From: Paraglomus brasilianum
Taxonomy: Eukaryota
Reading direction: 5' to 3'
Length of the DNA stretch: 52,447 bases
Assembly: GCA_910592345.1 (NCBI GenBank)
Contig: CAJVPI010000116.1
Coordinates: forward strand, 1 to 52,447
Shown here: piece by piece, positions 1 through 13,069 of the stretch
Layout: each line of letters starts with the position of its first letter
How positions within the stretch are numbered: the first letter of the stretch is position 1
The notes under the pieces: model-generated
Databases searched by the model: none
The model's input: only the letters and a program-made list of their open reading frames with translations
Told to the model about the DNA's origin: nothing
Position numbers and translations under genes: made by a program

Positions 1-3000
1 TGGGTTTGTTTAACTGCGGAGGAAGATTTTATCATGTGACTAACTTATCTGATTCATCAGATCAGCTTGCCGTAACAATAGTAATAATATTCTCAAAATG
101 CGTTACAAAATCAAGGGTCAAAATTGGCTTACAGATTAAGGGATAGTAAACACCACATAGTGTCGCTGCTCAGAAATAAATATTTTGTTAAACTTGTACT
201 AATTAATTGACGTGAAATTTATTAAGCTACGAATGTGCAATATTCAAAAACGGTAAAACTTGTTTCTGTAATTGTTCAGACGTCACTCGTTCTCAATTTT
301 GCAGATTTATGACTTGGCCAGTGAGGATTTTAATGTCAAACACGTATAATATGCACAGGGTCTCTGCATATGTCGCTTGTTTGAAGTAATTATTCAGCCT
401 ATATTAATATATGATGCGTCTTTACAAAACCTGGATTAAAAAGAATTGCAATTACTAAACCATTCTACTTGCTAATAAAATGTAACTGGCATGTTTGTTT
501 GCGCTGTCCAGATTCTTGCCCAGATGTTGAAATTGTTACAATAATAATAAACCATTATCCACAGCAAACACATATTAATAATATCCGTATTAAAATATAT
601 AACTTGTATAAAAAATTGACACTGCACAAGAGCGGTTCTGCTTGTTTTAGGATAGAGCTTATTGTTTAGATATTGAGAAAATTGAATTACAAAACTCCCA
701 AACAGTATCTCATTGACGAACAAATTATGTCTAGAGTCCATGTCAAGCATTTGATAAAATTTGTATATCTTGTGTTGTCAGTATATCGGGGAGGCGATGT
801 TTGAACATTAACATCTCCCATTCTATTAGTGCCCGATTATAGGTCTTACCAGCTCACGTGTATTTAGCTGACAATGTTTCCAGGTTGTACACGTTTACAT
901 TTTCTCTCAATCGTAAAGATTATTAGACTGAGCAATTAGTATTAGTTTTTAATCGATTATATTGCATTATTTCCCGTTTTATTGATATAGTCGATCGTAT
1001 GCTTATTTATTTAGTCTCGTAATAATCGTTCGAACATGAGATAATTAAGTAAAGTTCTAATGGATTAATGTTCCACAACGATTTATCTACTTGTGACTTT
1101 AACGTTCTGTATTATGAAACATTTCATAGAAAGAATCAACTATGGCACACTATAGTTGTACCGTTATGATGTTATTTCGCGTCCTTATTCATTGTGCTGC
1201 TCCGGATTAAATTGACTGCTGTTGGACCGCTTGCTTTGTCGGTTGGTTAAACGAAATGTTTATTTGTTTAATGTAGTGTCGTTATGAGCTGCAGATAGTG
1301 GGGGAAAACCGTAAATCTTGATAACTTAAAATAAACGTGCAATATCTTGTCCTCTTTGAGTGTCTACCCCATGGTTGACCATGCATTAATGTGACTTCAA
1401 CCATTCTCCAATATGGTCAGAATCATGAGAAATTTAACCATCGTATAAACTTGTTTTTAGGCACATGGCTTTGCACGAGTTTCCAATTAACTCGAATGGG
1501 GAAAAAAAAAGTGTTTTCTGATTGTTGTGGGCCCTTTCGTGGGGGTGTGTGCGCGCGTGTTTTGGGGAAAACTGTTCAAAATCTCGTCACACGAACATTT
1601 CTTTTAGCTCGCATGGTTCGAATTCCAGAAATGTACCTTTTTGGATTTGCTGATCTACGAACGACAGTTTTGTCTCCCAAAAGGAGCCAGAGAAATAACT
1701 AGAAGTTGATTGTGATTGCCATATACCGGTACTTCAACACATACCAGAAGATGCGATCATGTCAAAAATTACGGTAATGATAACCCGGAAAATAAAAACT
1801 ATGACTAAAACAAGCACAGGGACATGTGTTTGGAATGTGATTATGCAGATCTTGACTCTAATACAAGTTGATTCGTATTTTATCCTTTTGCTTTCCTCTG
1901 TTGTTTAGCAATTGATTAGATTATGATAGCTTGCATTGCTTTTTACAAAAAAGAAGTCGGAACAAAAAATCATTACATTATCTACCATGCGCAAACACTT
2001 TATCTACACGGGATTGTAATATCATCAGCCAATCATAATCTTGCCACGACCAACATGAAACCTCGTAATTGACAGTACAAATTTTATGCATGGCCTAATT
2101 ATAAGCTCTTTTTTACGTTTTATCGAGCTGTCCATTTTTCCAACTTTTAGCAGATACATGCGTCTAAAGAGTAAAATTTAATATTGCCCATCCAAGCCCG
2201 CTTCAACGTCCCGAGCCTTGATCGTTTTTTGTGTCATTACTAAAAATTCTCTGAAACAGCGGATGCGCGATTCGTGCATGGGAAATAAAATTTTGGGCTA
2301 AAGTTCAAACCTGTTTGCGACCCTCGCGAGTGCTAGCCAATTTAATAAAATGGACCATAAAGACGCTAATGACAATTGTTGACGACGTGGATCGCTAATT
2401 TCTTTCTAATGACATTCCTTATGAAAGGTGATATTGACGTGTGAATTCTGACATTCATTACTGGGCATGCTTCGATCCCTGACATGAATACGCCGACAAG
2501 CCATTAGTAATGACTTGTTTCAAATAGTTTAAGATTTTCCATCAATAACAACAATGCTCTTTCCCAAGCGAGAAGGTTTTACCATGTGACAAAAACATTG
2601 GTTGTCATAAAAGTAAAGCAAAACATCATTGTAGTTTTCGCGAATGATAAAGTAGTAATAATATGAGGTTTCTAAAATCGGGTTATTTGTGATTTTGTGA
2701 ATCATGATCCATTTGTTACACGGGGTTTGTATAATAATAAACATAGATCCGTGTGTGATAGTCCGTTTCTGAAGCTAAAGCAATCGATCTTCACACACGT
2801 TAGCTAGAGAAAGACGATACTGTATCTGCTGCGGTTTAGTTCCCTGTTCTAAATGACGCCATCGCATGATGTCATAGACATGTATTGCCTGACTAACGAT
2901 TAATCAGGCCATCCTCTCATATTTGATGCAATATATCGCTCATCCCCGAATATGGTTTACCGGCTTTTGCAAATAGCCCCGGAATGACTTTTGGTTGCGG

Positions 3001-4043
3001 TTTCATCGGCAGGATGCAGTCAGCTGAAGTAGCTTATCTAATGGAAAATGTTACTCAAATTATCTTGTGAAATTGATGGCATTGAAGAAAACGGGGGGAA
3101 AAAAAGGCAACGAGCTTAAAATAACCTATTGCCCACAAATAGCGATGTGAATATTGATCGCCATGCCTACTGCTCACATAAACATCTTGTAGTGAAGCTT
3201 ATTTCGCTGTGCAACGATGAATGCGATGAATGCCTTTTGATTTTTTTCGTCAAAGAAGAATCGAATTTGAAAATGTAAATTCTTTCGGAACCGGCCGTTC
3301 CCCTGGGAAACGAAAAAGCATTTTGCACTGTAATCTTTGATGTGTAATCTGTAACACGCTCTAATGCATACCCTAAATTCATCGCCGATCGCTGCCATTA
3401 CTGTGCCTTGTCCTCGCAGCGTGCTCGTATCTTTCCAAGTATGGTAAATGTGAAATTTTATTATATTAAAGGACAAAAATAAACAAAATGGTATTTTATT
3501 TTACTAGTTGGCATATAATTTCGGAGAAACAAATTGCAAAAACGTGAGTGAATCAAGTGGTTTGAAAATAGAAAAAGGGGGCTGAAGCAGTGAGTGTTTC
3601 GTGTTGAAGAGAATTGTTCAGGGATATTGTAACTGGAACAATGACAATCGAGTGACACACCGATGTCATAAATAACGTTTTATCTTTCCTCAAATACAAG
3701 GACTCGCAATTCGACAAATAACCTTCAGGAATGAACAATAACACTCGTACTATTAATAGTTTAATTGTATAGACGCTTGGAATACACTATTTCCTTTCTC
3801 CGTGATAAATTACAATTCGGCGGGTTAATTGCATAGAAACTATTTCTGCATCACAAGGAACGCACAAAGGTAAACAATCAAAGAAATTCTGGCCTGCATC
3901 ATTCTCGTGGAATGTGTTACGTGATACCTCTTTTGCTATATTATGTCTCCTGAACCCACAATTCGCTTTATTCAATTTCATCTTTGACTTTTTTTCTTTT
4001 TTTCCCTCAGACATCATATCATATCACAACACATAACATAGCC

Positions 4044-6113
4044 ATGACATCGTTTCAACAAACGCCGCAACAACCCCAGCAACAAACCCAGCAGCAACCA
4101 CAGCCTATGGTGCAGCACCAGTCTTCCACTCATATGATGAAGACTACGCGGTCAGGGCGTCCTTTTGCAAAGGTTTGATCAAAAACAAAGAGTTATCATG
4201 ATGCTTAAACTATAGTTGGATAGACAGCATAGCTTGACCTATAAAGACATGTTGGCATTTGTGCAAGAGAGTAGTCTGTGGGATCGCATTTGCCCAGCTT
4301 TGTCAAAGCTTGAACCTGGTTTTGGAAAGGTGCAAGTCTGAATGTTAAACTCACAAGTACAAACTCTCTATCTAATCAACCTTTTTCTTTTTGCATTAAT
4401 TATATATAGGACATTCATGACCTATTTGCTGCGTTAATAGTCTCACTACCAATGGACGCACACCGACACATGTTTCGCAGTTATCCACATAGCTTTACCA
4501 CGGAAGAAGCGATTAACAACCTTGGCTCATTAAAATTCACCCAATCACATCGTAGCCAAGATGCAAGAGACCCGTTGCGAATAGTGACAACAACAACAAC
4601 AACCACTTTCAGTATGACAAAAGACATGGCAAAGAGTGTGTGTCAGACATTCATGGATGCAAAGCTATTCGAGAATGTATCAGACTCGAGCAATCGCTCG
4701 TTCAAAGACAAGTGTCTATATGCGCTCACTTCCAAGGGTTTATACGTTCTCGAACACTTTATAACCAAGAATCTCATAGCTTCCAATCATTTAACGAAAT
4801 TGTTTGCTGCTCAAGCTGCCCCGATCAAACTATTCTATCTCGAAAGATCTTTGGAAACCGATTCACTCGTTTTAAATAAACAAACATTGGTACCCATATT
4901 TAGACGATTTGCTGGACAACGTCCAAATCTGGTCACCAAAGAGAAAGAGAAAGACAAGGACAAGGACAAGGACAACAAGGACAAAGATAAGGACAATGAC
5001 TCGTCAGACACGTCATCGACCGCATCCAATGAACGAGGAGATCGTAATCTAGGTATTGAATTGCGTGAAAAATCCAATCGAACATTGCAATTTGTTTTCC
5101 AAGGAGGAAGTGCATGCGACTGGCTATGTGACTTTACAACAGTAGTCACACGTGAAGAAGCAGTAAAAATATTTAATGAATTCTTACGTAATAAGCTTGT
5201 TGAACCAGCTCCCGACAAGAAATCCGAACGAAAAGACAATGAACTTCGCTACTCTAAAACGACGTTTTATATACTCAGCGAAGAGGGCCAACGAGTGGCT
5301 GGCTGGGATATATTGGATATTGGAAACATCCACAGCGATAGCGACAGTAATAGAAATAAACTGAAAGAGTTGTTGAGTTATGGAAATATCCGGTCGGCAA
5401 TTAGCAACAAGGATAAAGTCGCTGATCGAGCCACTGCTCAGTCATTGTTAGACAAGGAGAAAATCAACACAAAACCAGTGAAGAAACATAGAAACTCGGT
5501 CAGTGCATTGCCTCAGTATAAAGAGTCTAATAACAAAAAGTTACAACAGATTTTGGACGATCAGGCACTAAGCATGCTGTTTATGGACTTTTTAAAGTCT
5601 AAACTATGCGAAGAGAATTTATTATTCTTGCTCGAGATAAAACAGCTGAAACAGAAATATTCACGCGATGCCAATGAAGTGGGCGAGATACAAGATCCAA
5701 TGGAGAAACAGAGATTCATTGCTGATGCGTTCAGGATTTATAATACGTTTCTCGCTCCTGGATCGGCTAGTGAATTGAACATTGATCATTCATTGAGACA
5801 GCATTACAACCAGATAATAATGACGATAGTTTCACTCGACGCGGATGCAACCGCTCCAACAACAGACAAGTCTGTAGTTACCATCAATTTGTTCAACAAG
5901 ATAGAAGAAACCATCTTTCGTCTGATGGCCTCGGATTCAGTACCCAAATTTATAAGGACAGAAAGTTATATTGCTACGTTATACGGTAGACAGAGTCTCG
6001 ATATAGTCAAGACCAATGACGTAGATAGAACTCACAGACATACGAACTCTTTAGCTACGACGGCTCATAATAGTCCAGCCGAGCCTATTCCTGTTAGTGG
6101 CGAAACAGTATGA
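4044..6113 (+). CDS. flbA: Regulator of G-protein signalling, FlbA/Sst2 type (DEP + RGS domains); 2 coding exons: 4044-4172, 4410-6113
   Basis: GT at 4173 and AG at 4408-4409 join ...TTRSGRPFAK|DIHDLFAALIVSLP in frame with the 553-aa ORF. N-terminal motif 'FTTEEAINNLGSLKFTQS..TTTTTTFSM'; RGS domain 'LCEENLLFL...IYNTFLAPGSASELNIDH...LMASDSVPKF'. Confidence 0.92.
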
Positions 6114-7676
6114 AAGTAAAATTACTAGAGGGAAAAAAAAAAAACGTCAAAAAGAGCAGGGGAAGTTGGTGTAATGGATAGAATGTAGCAGTAGGTGAAA
6201 TTGTATTCGTTTGTTAACTTTCAATTGAAATATGATTTTTTGATTTGTCTTTATTTTTTTGGCTACAAATTTAATTGTGTCAAATATTATAATTTGTAAT
6301 TTCATAGACATGTTTATAAACAGCCAAGTTAAAAATATACCTAATTTTATAAATAATTCATTCACGTTTCGAGTCATTGGCTTTACGAAACAATATATAC
6401 AATCTTAGCGCGCGCGCGCGCACGCGCATGCAAACAATCAAAAATTTTTTTGGGTACACCAATGAGGTCCGCTTAAAAGCGGTAGGGGTTAAAAGCTTAA
6501 TAAGTGACAAGACAACATTTGCAAATCGTGCCACTGAATGTTTCATGATCGCATGTATTTCTATGTTATGAACATCATATCATGTCCTTTCTTTTTTTTT
6601 TTTTTTTCCTTTTTGATTTTACCCGTTTAACACATACTGATGTAAATTAATAATTAAATTGGATCAATATCATTATGTCATTTCTGGGTCCGTTCGAGAC
6701 CGCCTGTCTGATATATGACATAATAACAATAATAGTGTGATGTCTTATTGCGTCCATGTCCCTTAATATAGCAAAGAGGATTCGATTACGCTCTGAGGGC
6801 CAATGCTTTTTTGGTGTTTGATAACCTAAAATGAAAGATAACGATAGTAATAGGGCGAAACGATAAATTAATTAATTGCTAAATATAGTATAAATCCTCG
6901 TCGACTATTGGCTCGTTCATTCAATCGGAGTAATTGCGTTGTACGTCCTTAACTTTAAAGTCTTGAAATAGAATAAGCAAAAAGGCAAGTCTTTTTATAT
7001 ATACTGATCGGCTGTCTCCTGTTGGATTATTCAAGCAGGCAAAGGTATAATCGTCCATTATTTGAGCTCACTATTGTAAGGAAACTTTTCAATCGCCTAG
7101 ACGATAGACCGTCTCAAATTCTTAAAACAATGCTGTTGTCCCACTCAACACTGAAACGTTAAGCTATATTGAAAAATTAATCTTGCATTCTTGTATTCTA
7201 CAAGTAATACACAGTAAAAGAGATTTTGTTGATTGATGTACGAAGATCGCAGTCTAATTAATACACAGTATAAACTTAAATTAATTGTTGACATGAGCCA
7301 ATAAAATAAAGTAAACAAAAGAGTCTAATTATATTTTACTTTTTCTTATAAAGATTGTTATTCTAGCCGCAAATGATCAGAGAGCCAATGGCCACATTTT
7401 ATACCAGTTTTGGTTCTGCCGTTAATGTCGCCAACATTCTTGTCTGTTTGCTACATTACGCCCTTATCATTGCATATGCATTGCGACATTGTCGTTATCC
7501 GGCATAGGATTTCTGACCGGAATCATATAGCCTCAATCTAGTCTTTAGATAGACATCGGGGGGCTTGCCTTGAATGGCATTCGTACACTGACAGATTTGG
7601 TCTTTTCAGTATATTCATATAAAGCATATGTCGCCTAATGCAATTGACCTCTCATGCAATCATATCTCATCGGCTT

Positions 7677-9950
7677 TTAGGAACGAGGATAGTGCATCAG
7701 CCTATATAGTAACACCTTGCCTTTTGCATTACCCATTGCAACATATCCACTGTTTGGTGAAAAGTCGAAACATTCAACGTAATCCAACGGTGTTCCGGAT
7801 GTTGGCCAGTTGGAAAACACTGTTAGCGATCGTAAATGAGCCTATTGATAATAGCCGATGAACATGATTTACACAAGTCAGTTATTTAATAAAGCGTGTC
7901 AACAGCGCGCGTCTAGCAAAAACAAAAACTAGTCCGTCTCTCCTACCAATCGGAATTGATTTTTCTTTGAGTGACTTGCCATTCCCAAAATTTGCGAGTC
8001 GTGATTGAATTTTAAATCACATATGTTTGTTGTCAAATTCATAAATGACTTGCATGGTTTGGGAGCCGAGTTTGTTAAGCATGTTTTGTCATATACATTG
8101 ACAACGCCGGATTTTGAACTAGAATAAATTTTAAATGAGAAAAAGTCTGAACGATTTGAATCAAAATTGGCTTTGATAACTTACCCAATAGCAAAGTACT
8201 CATCTGCATTGGCCACGGCAATCTTGGTAGGCTTGAACCCGCCATCGTCAACCCACTTGTGTACACATTTTCTCATTCTGATATCCCATTGACAAACCTC
8301 GGCATTGTTTCCTAATGAATATATATACCTTCCATCACTACTCCAATTCATATCTCTCACTCCCGCATTCATCTTGAAATTATTGATCCATCGTTTTGTC
8401 TTGTAGTCAACTACTATTAAATATCCATCCTGTCCTTGAAAGAGTATGAAATCGTCATTTGGAGAAATGGCAAATTTCTCAAATGATTTCTCGGGACGAC
8501 CAAGAATTCCAAGCGATTTACTCATGTGACCCGATTCAACATCGTACAAGTAATAATATTTTCGACGGCCAGTAAGAAGAATCTGAGAACCGGCAGAATT
8601 AAAGCGTGCTTGGCGAATGGGAAGATCAGAGAGGAATATCGATTGTATCTTGGGATTCGATTTGCCGTCTATCTTTTCGTGCGAAAAAAGGTTAGGAAAT
8701 AAGCTTGATGTAACAAACCTGCTTCATATGATCGATCGAACAAACGTGCTCTTGTCATCTTGTTCATAAGCAAGTCAATCCTTTGATATTAACTTACTTG
8801 AAATAGCCGTAATGTTTTATCCAATCCAGCCACCATTAATACTCTTGCGTCAGGATGAAAGCAAAGAGATTGCACAACGCTCTAGTTTGTATTACACAAA
8901 ACCATAAAATTGCTTAGTTCAAGATCCCAATACTGCATGCCGTTGATCAATAAATAGTCCCAACCTGCGAATAGCCCATTTGATTCGCATCCTTCATTTT
9001 AGTGACTTCAATCTGACCTTGGTTCAACAGTTTCGGTTTTTCCGTTCGCAAATGATCATAAGTCTCTCGTATTTCACGAGAGATTTCTTTGTCTATTCTT
9101 GTGTCGAGATGTCTAGTTTCGCCTATATCATTCTCGTCAGATGAAGAATCTGACGAGTCATCACGTGTTTTGCGTTTCTTTGCTTCGGATGGAAGAGTTG
9201 CCCACTCGGGTTTTGGGTATATACGCTCGAATCTTTAAAAAAAAAAATGATAAAATTGGTCAAAGAAAAAAAAATTTTTTTTTCGACTCGAATATAGAAT
9301 TAAAAGAGAGAAAGAGACTTACTGTTGTCTCAAACGTTTTTCGTATTGATCACCGGTTAGTACATCTTCATCTTCAGCAATTTTCAGCTTACGGAATCGG
9401 GCTTTGCTATTAAGTGAGACTGTAACGATTTCATCATCCGAATCGTTCCAAGTTTCCTTGGGGGGTTTCTCTTGTCTTAATGCACTGGATTCAGCGGAAC
9501 CAAAGATGTCATTTTTTGGACCCTCAATGTTATTCATTGGCATTGTATCTATAAAAAAACTCTATTAACTAGTTGGTTAGTATACTTCACCAATGAGAAA
9601 CAGACAAGCAGTCATGATTCAAATAAACATACAGGTTGATCTGTGGTTTCTGCCTCAATCTCGGGTTGTGTTTCGGCTAATGTTACTTCTCTCTCCTTTT
9701 CACCTTCCGAATGATTGCTTGCGTCGGAATCATCGGTATGTACATGTTCGCTGAATACCAAAGCTTCCAGCCTTAATTCTGTTTCATCTTTGGACGGTTC
9801 GATTATGTCGTCCTTGCGTAAAGAAATATCTGCCGACTCGTCATTCTTCTGCTTTTTCCGTCTGCTCTTTTTTGATTTTGATGTCAACAAATTTTTATCT
9901 TTCGAGGCTTTACTCGCTGTTGTCGTTTTTGTTTTTTTGTTCGATCGCAT
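7677..9950 (-). CDS. UTP18: U3 snoRNA-associated WD40 protein UTP18 (SSU processome); 7 exons
   Basis: Spliced product contains 'WNDSDDE..RFRKLK..YEKRLRQQFERIYPKPEWA', 'VAGLDKTLRLFQIDGKSNPKIQS', 'GRRKYYYLYD' and C-terminal 'TVFSNWPTSGTPL..FSPNSGYVAMGNAKGKVLLYRL'. All introns GT-AG. Confidence 0.93.
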
Positions 9951-10109
9951 TTCAATGAATGCTGTTTAGAGAAAAAAGTTTCTGATCATGTAGACATCAG
10001 ATCAATATGACGACCAATAATATTCGAGAACACGGACATTCTCGACACGTGCCCTAATCAACAAAAGCAATATAATGCGCGCATCCCGAGATTTTTGAAC
10101 CGCAAAAAA

Positions 10110-11109
10110 ATGGATGAAGACGATGACTTGGCTTTTCCAGAATTCGATCACTACGAGGATGATGATGATATTCCCCCGCTCCCGGCTCCAGTGAATTTTA
10201 ACTTTGAAGCGGAAGATTGGGATGCGCCCGTAGAATCAAGAGGATCGAATACAGAAAATAGAGGCCCTGTCAACGTTAAGCAAGAAAAACCGCGTCAGAC
10301 GATAGGAAAAGCAGCCCAGCCAACTAGAAAGAGGAAAAGCATTGCGAAACTAGATGTAAATAGGTAACAACCATTGTATGCGGGTTCATCATTACCGTAG
10401 ACCACCGAATATAGTACCCTGGGTAATAAATGTTCATACTGTCGTGTTGTATATGTATTACCATCATATATGATACCCGGGTACATTATAAAAACTTCAC
10501 CGGGTCCAGATTGAGGGTGGTGGATTATATTCAGTGGTCTACGGTATCTCACGTAAACAACGAGATTCGCCTGTGCTATTTGCGCTTATACCTATTTCTG
10601 CTGCTATTAAGACTTTTATCCGAGAAAGGCCTGTCCAAACTGCGCGAAGATGCCAAGAGATTGAAGTTTCAAGGAATTGAACACGAAGTTAGTTGAGCAG
10701 GTCTTTTACTATATTTTACATATTTTGTGGATATGGCGCGTTTCCTAATATGTTTAATTCTAAGAATGCGGATTTGAAGACCGTGATGAACTTTTATCGC
10801 GCCTGGATCCATGACCTGTTTCCAAAAATGCAATTCAGAGACGCTATCCTGAGAGTCGAGAAAATTTGTCGCGAGAGGCGATGTGGGGTAAGTCGTCCTC
10901 CTCCTCCAGTGGCCAGTGGAACTTTATGTATGTAAACGCGTACTAAATAGCATCTTGACGCTGTAATCTTTATTGGATAGATCACACTTAATGCTTGGAG
11001 AGAAGGGGGGAATAATGACGAAGGATATAGGGGGAATAATGATGAAGGAGATAGGGGGAATAGTGACGAAGGAGATAGGGGGAATAATGACGGAGATATG
11101 GAGAATTAG
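10110..11109 (+). CDS. CSM3: Replication fork protection complex subunit Csm3/Swi3/Tipin; 4 exons
   Basis: Spliced product 'AKLDVNRLLSEKGLSKLR...LKFQGIEHE|NADLKTVMNFYRAWIHDLFPKMQFRDAILRVEKIC' matches the Swi3 domain; acidic N-terminus; last exon 10981-11109. Confidence 0.88.
10395..10544. mobile_element. 150-bp MITE (Tc1/mariner-pogo type) in intron 1 of CSM3
   Basis: TA|CCGTAGACCACCGAATATAGT ... ATTATATTCAGTGGTCTACGG|TA: ~21-bp TIRs with 2 mismatches, TA flanks. Confidence 0.85.
11011..11098 (+). repeat. 24-bp coding tandem repeat (~3.5 copies; NNDEG[Y/D]RG) in the last exon of CSM3
   Basis: aataatgacgaaggatataggggg / aataatgatgaaggagataggggg / aatagtgacgaaggagataggggg / aataatgacggagat. 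Confidence 0.85.
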
Positions 11110-12042
11110 AAAAACTGGCAGTATAATAAATAATATTTTCTCCAGAAAATGTGTAAATTAGCGCAAAAGTATATGAGAACCTTGTCAAAGACATGAATAA
11201 GGAAATAGACTATAAAATGGCATTCAAATATTTTCTCTAAAGATGGGTGAGCAGTAATGAAAATAACATAACCCACTGACACGCATTAACCGTGTTCGAA
11301 ACAGCGTTTAATTTCTTCAACAAGGTAAAGCAACGACGAATCGTCCACGGGTACGTCATGTTGTAACTATTTAGTACCGTTTTCTCTAGAATTAAAAGAC
11401 CATATGTTCGTTATTTTGTTTTTATATCCTTCGTTTTTAAATTATCGCGCGTTTTTGCACAAAAATTACTACATTTTCCATGCAGTCACACTCAGGTCTA
11501 CCAAAGTCGTGAAATTAAATGGAATACAAAATACCATGGTTTTTGTTCCAATTTCCGGTCTCTAGCAGGAATGTAAACAATACGCGTAAACCGTGCGGTG
11601 AATTTGGTCCCAATCTATTAGCATAGTTTCTTATTTATCTCAAAAGTACGCTATTAAAAACCCCGTTATTCTCGTTTCGATGGAGAAATATCGAAACTTA
11701 TGAATGAAAATTTTAATTAAATTTCTTTCGTCTGCTATAATAGATGTTATGTAAACATCAATCTCTGCGAGCACAATCATATTGTGCAACACGGACCGCC
11801 GCTAAAGTTAAAGGCAGCAATAAGACGCATATCTCTATTTCTTGCTAGAAATAAGATTGAAGCTAAAGAAACCGACGACATAGTCATTTGCAAAAAATGC
11901 CCCCAAGATGTCGGCAACGAAAAAGTGTTGCATTTCCCAAACCCCAAGCCACATTTGTAGAGTAACACCAGACTATAACAAATTCGATTATCTGGCTTTG
12001 GCTTTATACATCCTTTGACATAAAGAAAGAACACAATAAAGG

Positions 12043-12993
12043 ATGTTTGTGGGTCACTATTCTTTTGCTTGGGTAGCTAAAGTCTGGGCGCCCGAAATAC
12101 CAATATGGGTCTTGTTGATAGCAGTTCAGGTAGTTTTCTTGCTACAATTTAATGATCTTTCCAGAACATATTAAATATTTGATAATAGTTAGTCGATATT
12201 GCTTGGGTTGTGTTTCTGTTCCTGAACATTGAAGAAGGTAAGCTGAAAGCAGACTAGTTTTTCATGTGAACTGACATTTTCGTGTAAGGAAAAGTCATCG
12301 TTACTTGAATCAATGATTTCTGATCTACCCTTCTTTAAATCAGCACGGTTACAACCTGGAATTACCAGAACATCAAGCTTGGATTTGATCTATATGCCAT
12401 ATACACATTCACTCCTTGCAGGAATAATATGGAGCATTCTTGGCGGCATCTGGTATCGATACTTCTCTGGCTACCGTGGTGGAAATAAAGCCGCCATTAT
12501 AGTAAGTTTAGCTGTATTGTCGCACTGGTTCGAAGATTGTGTGGTACACAAAGAAGGTGAGTTTCGAAATATTCTTTAATCAAACGTCTCACCGACGCGG
12601 ATATATCCTAATCTCGGATATTAAACTTTCGCTTCAACAGATCTCCTTCTGTTCTCGTTTAATAACGACAACCGAAAATACGGGTTTGGTCTGTGGGATT
12701 GGCATCCGGTCTATCCCATGATCACGGAACTGATATGTACTTTTTCCACCACGTTATACTATTTATATAATACCAGTCCGCATTCACATACAATAACTGA
12801 TCAGCGAAAAAGGGTTTGGTCTGTTTGGGGTCCAACTATATATCTGGCTGATATGGTCTTGACGGAATGGGTTTCGCTAATTGAACCACCGAGTGAATTC
12901 CTGTTTAAATTTTCGTTTATTAGTCTCACAATACAGGCAGTATATGTCGGAGTTTGTATGGATTCTGTCAGAGATGTGAAGGTGAAACAATAG
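12043..12993 (+). CDS. Membrane-bound metal-dependent hydrolase-like protein (bacterial YdjM-like type); 4 exons: 12043-12129, 12189-12237, 12344-12556, 12641-12993
   Basis: Three phase-compatible GT-AG introns give MFVGHYSFAWVAK..VQLVDIAW..IEEARLQPGIT..LDLIYMPYTHSL..SHWFEDCVVHKEDL..KYGFGLW. The GH / D / THS / SHxxxD motif set lies among hydrophobic helices. Confidence 0.8.
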
Positions 12994-13069
12994 CGACATC
13001 GTGTGGAAACGGCATGATTAACGCAAGGATGTTTTACATCTAATACATCGATTATTTCTCCAAGCTTAA

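Noticed and set aside
60..900. Possible hAT transposase relic on the minus strand
   Set aside because: Only faint motif echoes ('DNTRY..YQML', 'AILFNPGF') across broken frames; not enough to call.
4835..5239. Antisense ORFs over the RGS gene (and similar shadow ORFs over other genes)
   Set aside because: Shadows of low-complexity coding sequence (KDKDKD) with no independent motifs.
6400..6495. piggyBac-like end (GCGGTAGGGG|TTAA) and a (GC)n run after the RGS gene
   Set aside because: No matching opposite terminus found in the window.
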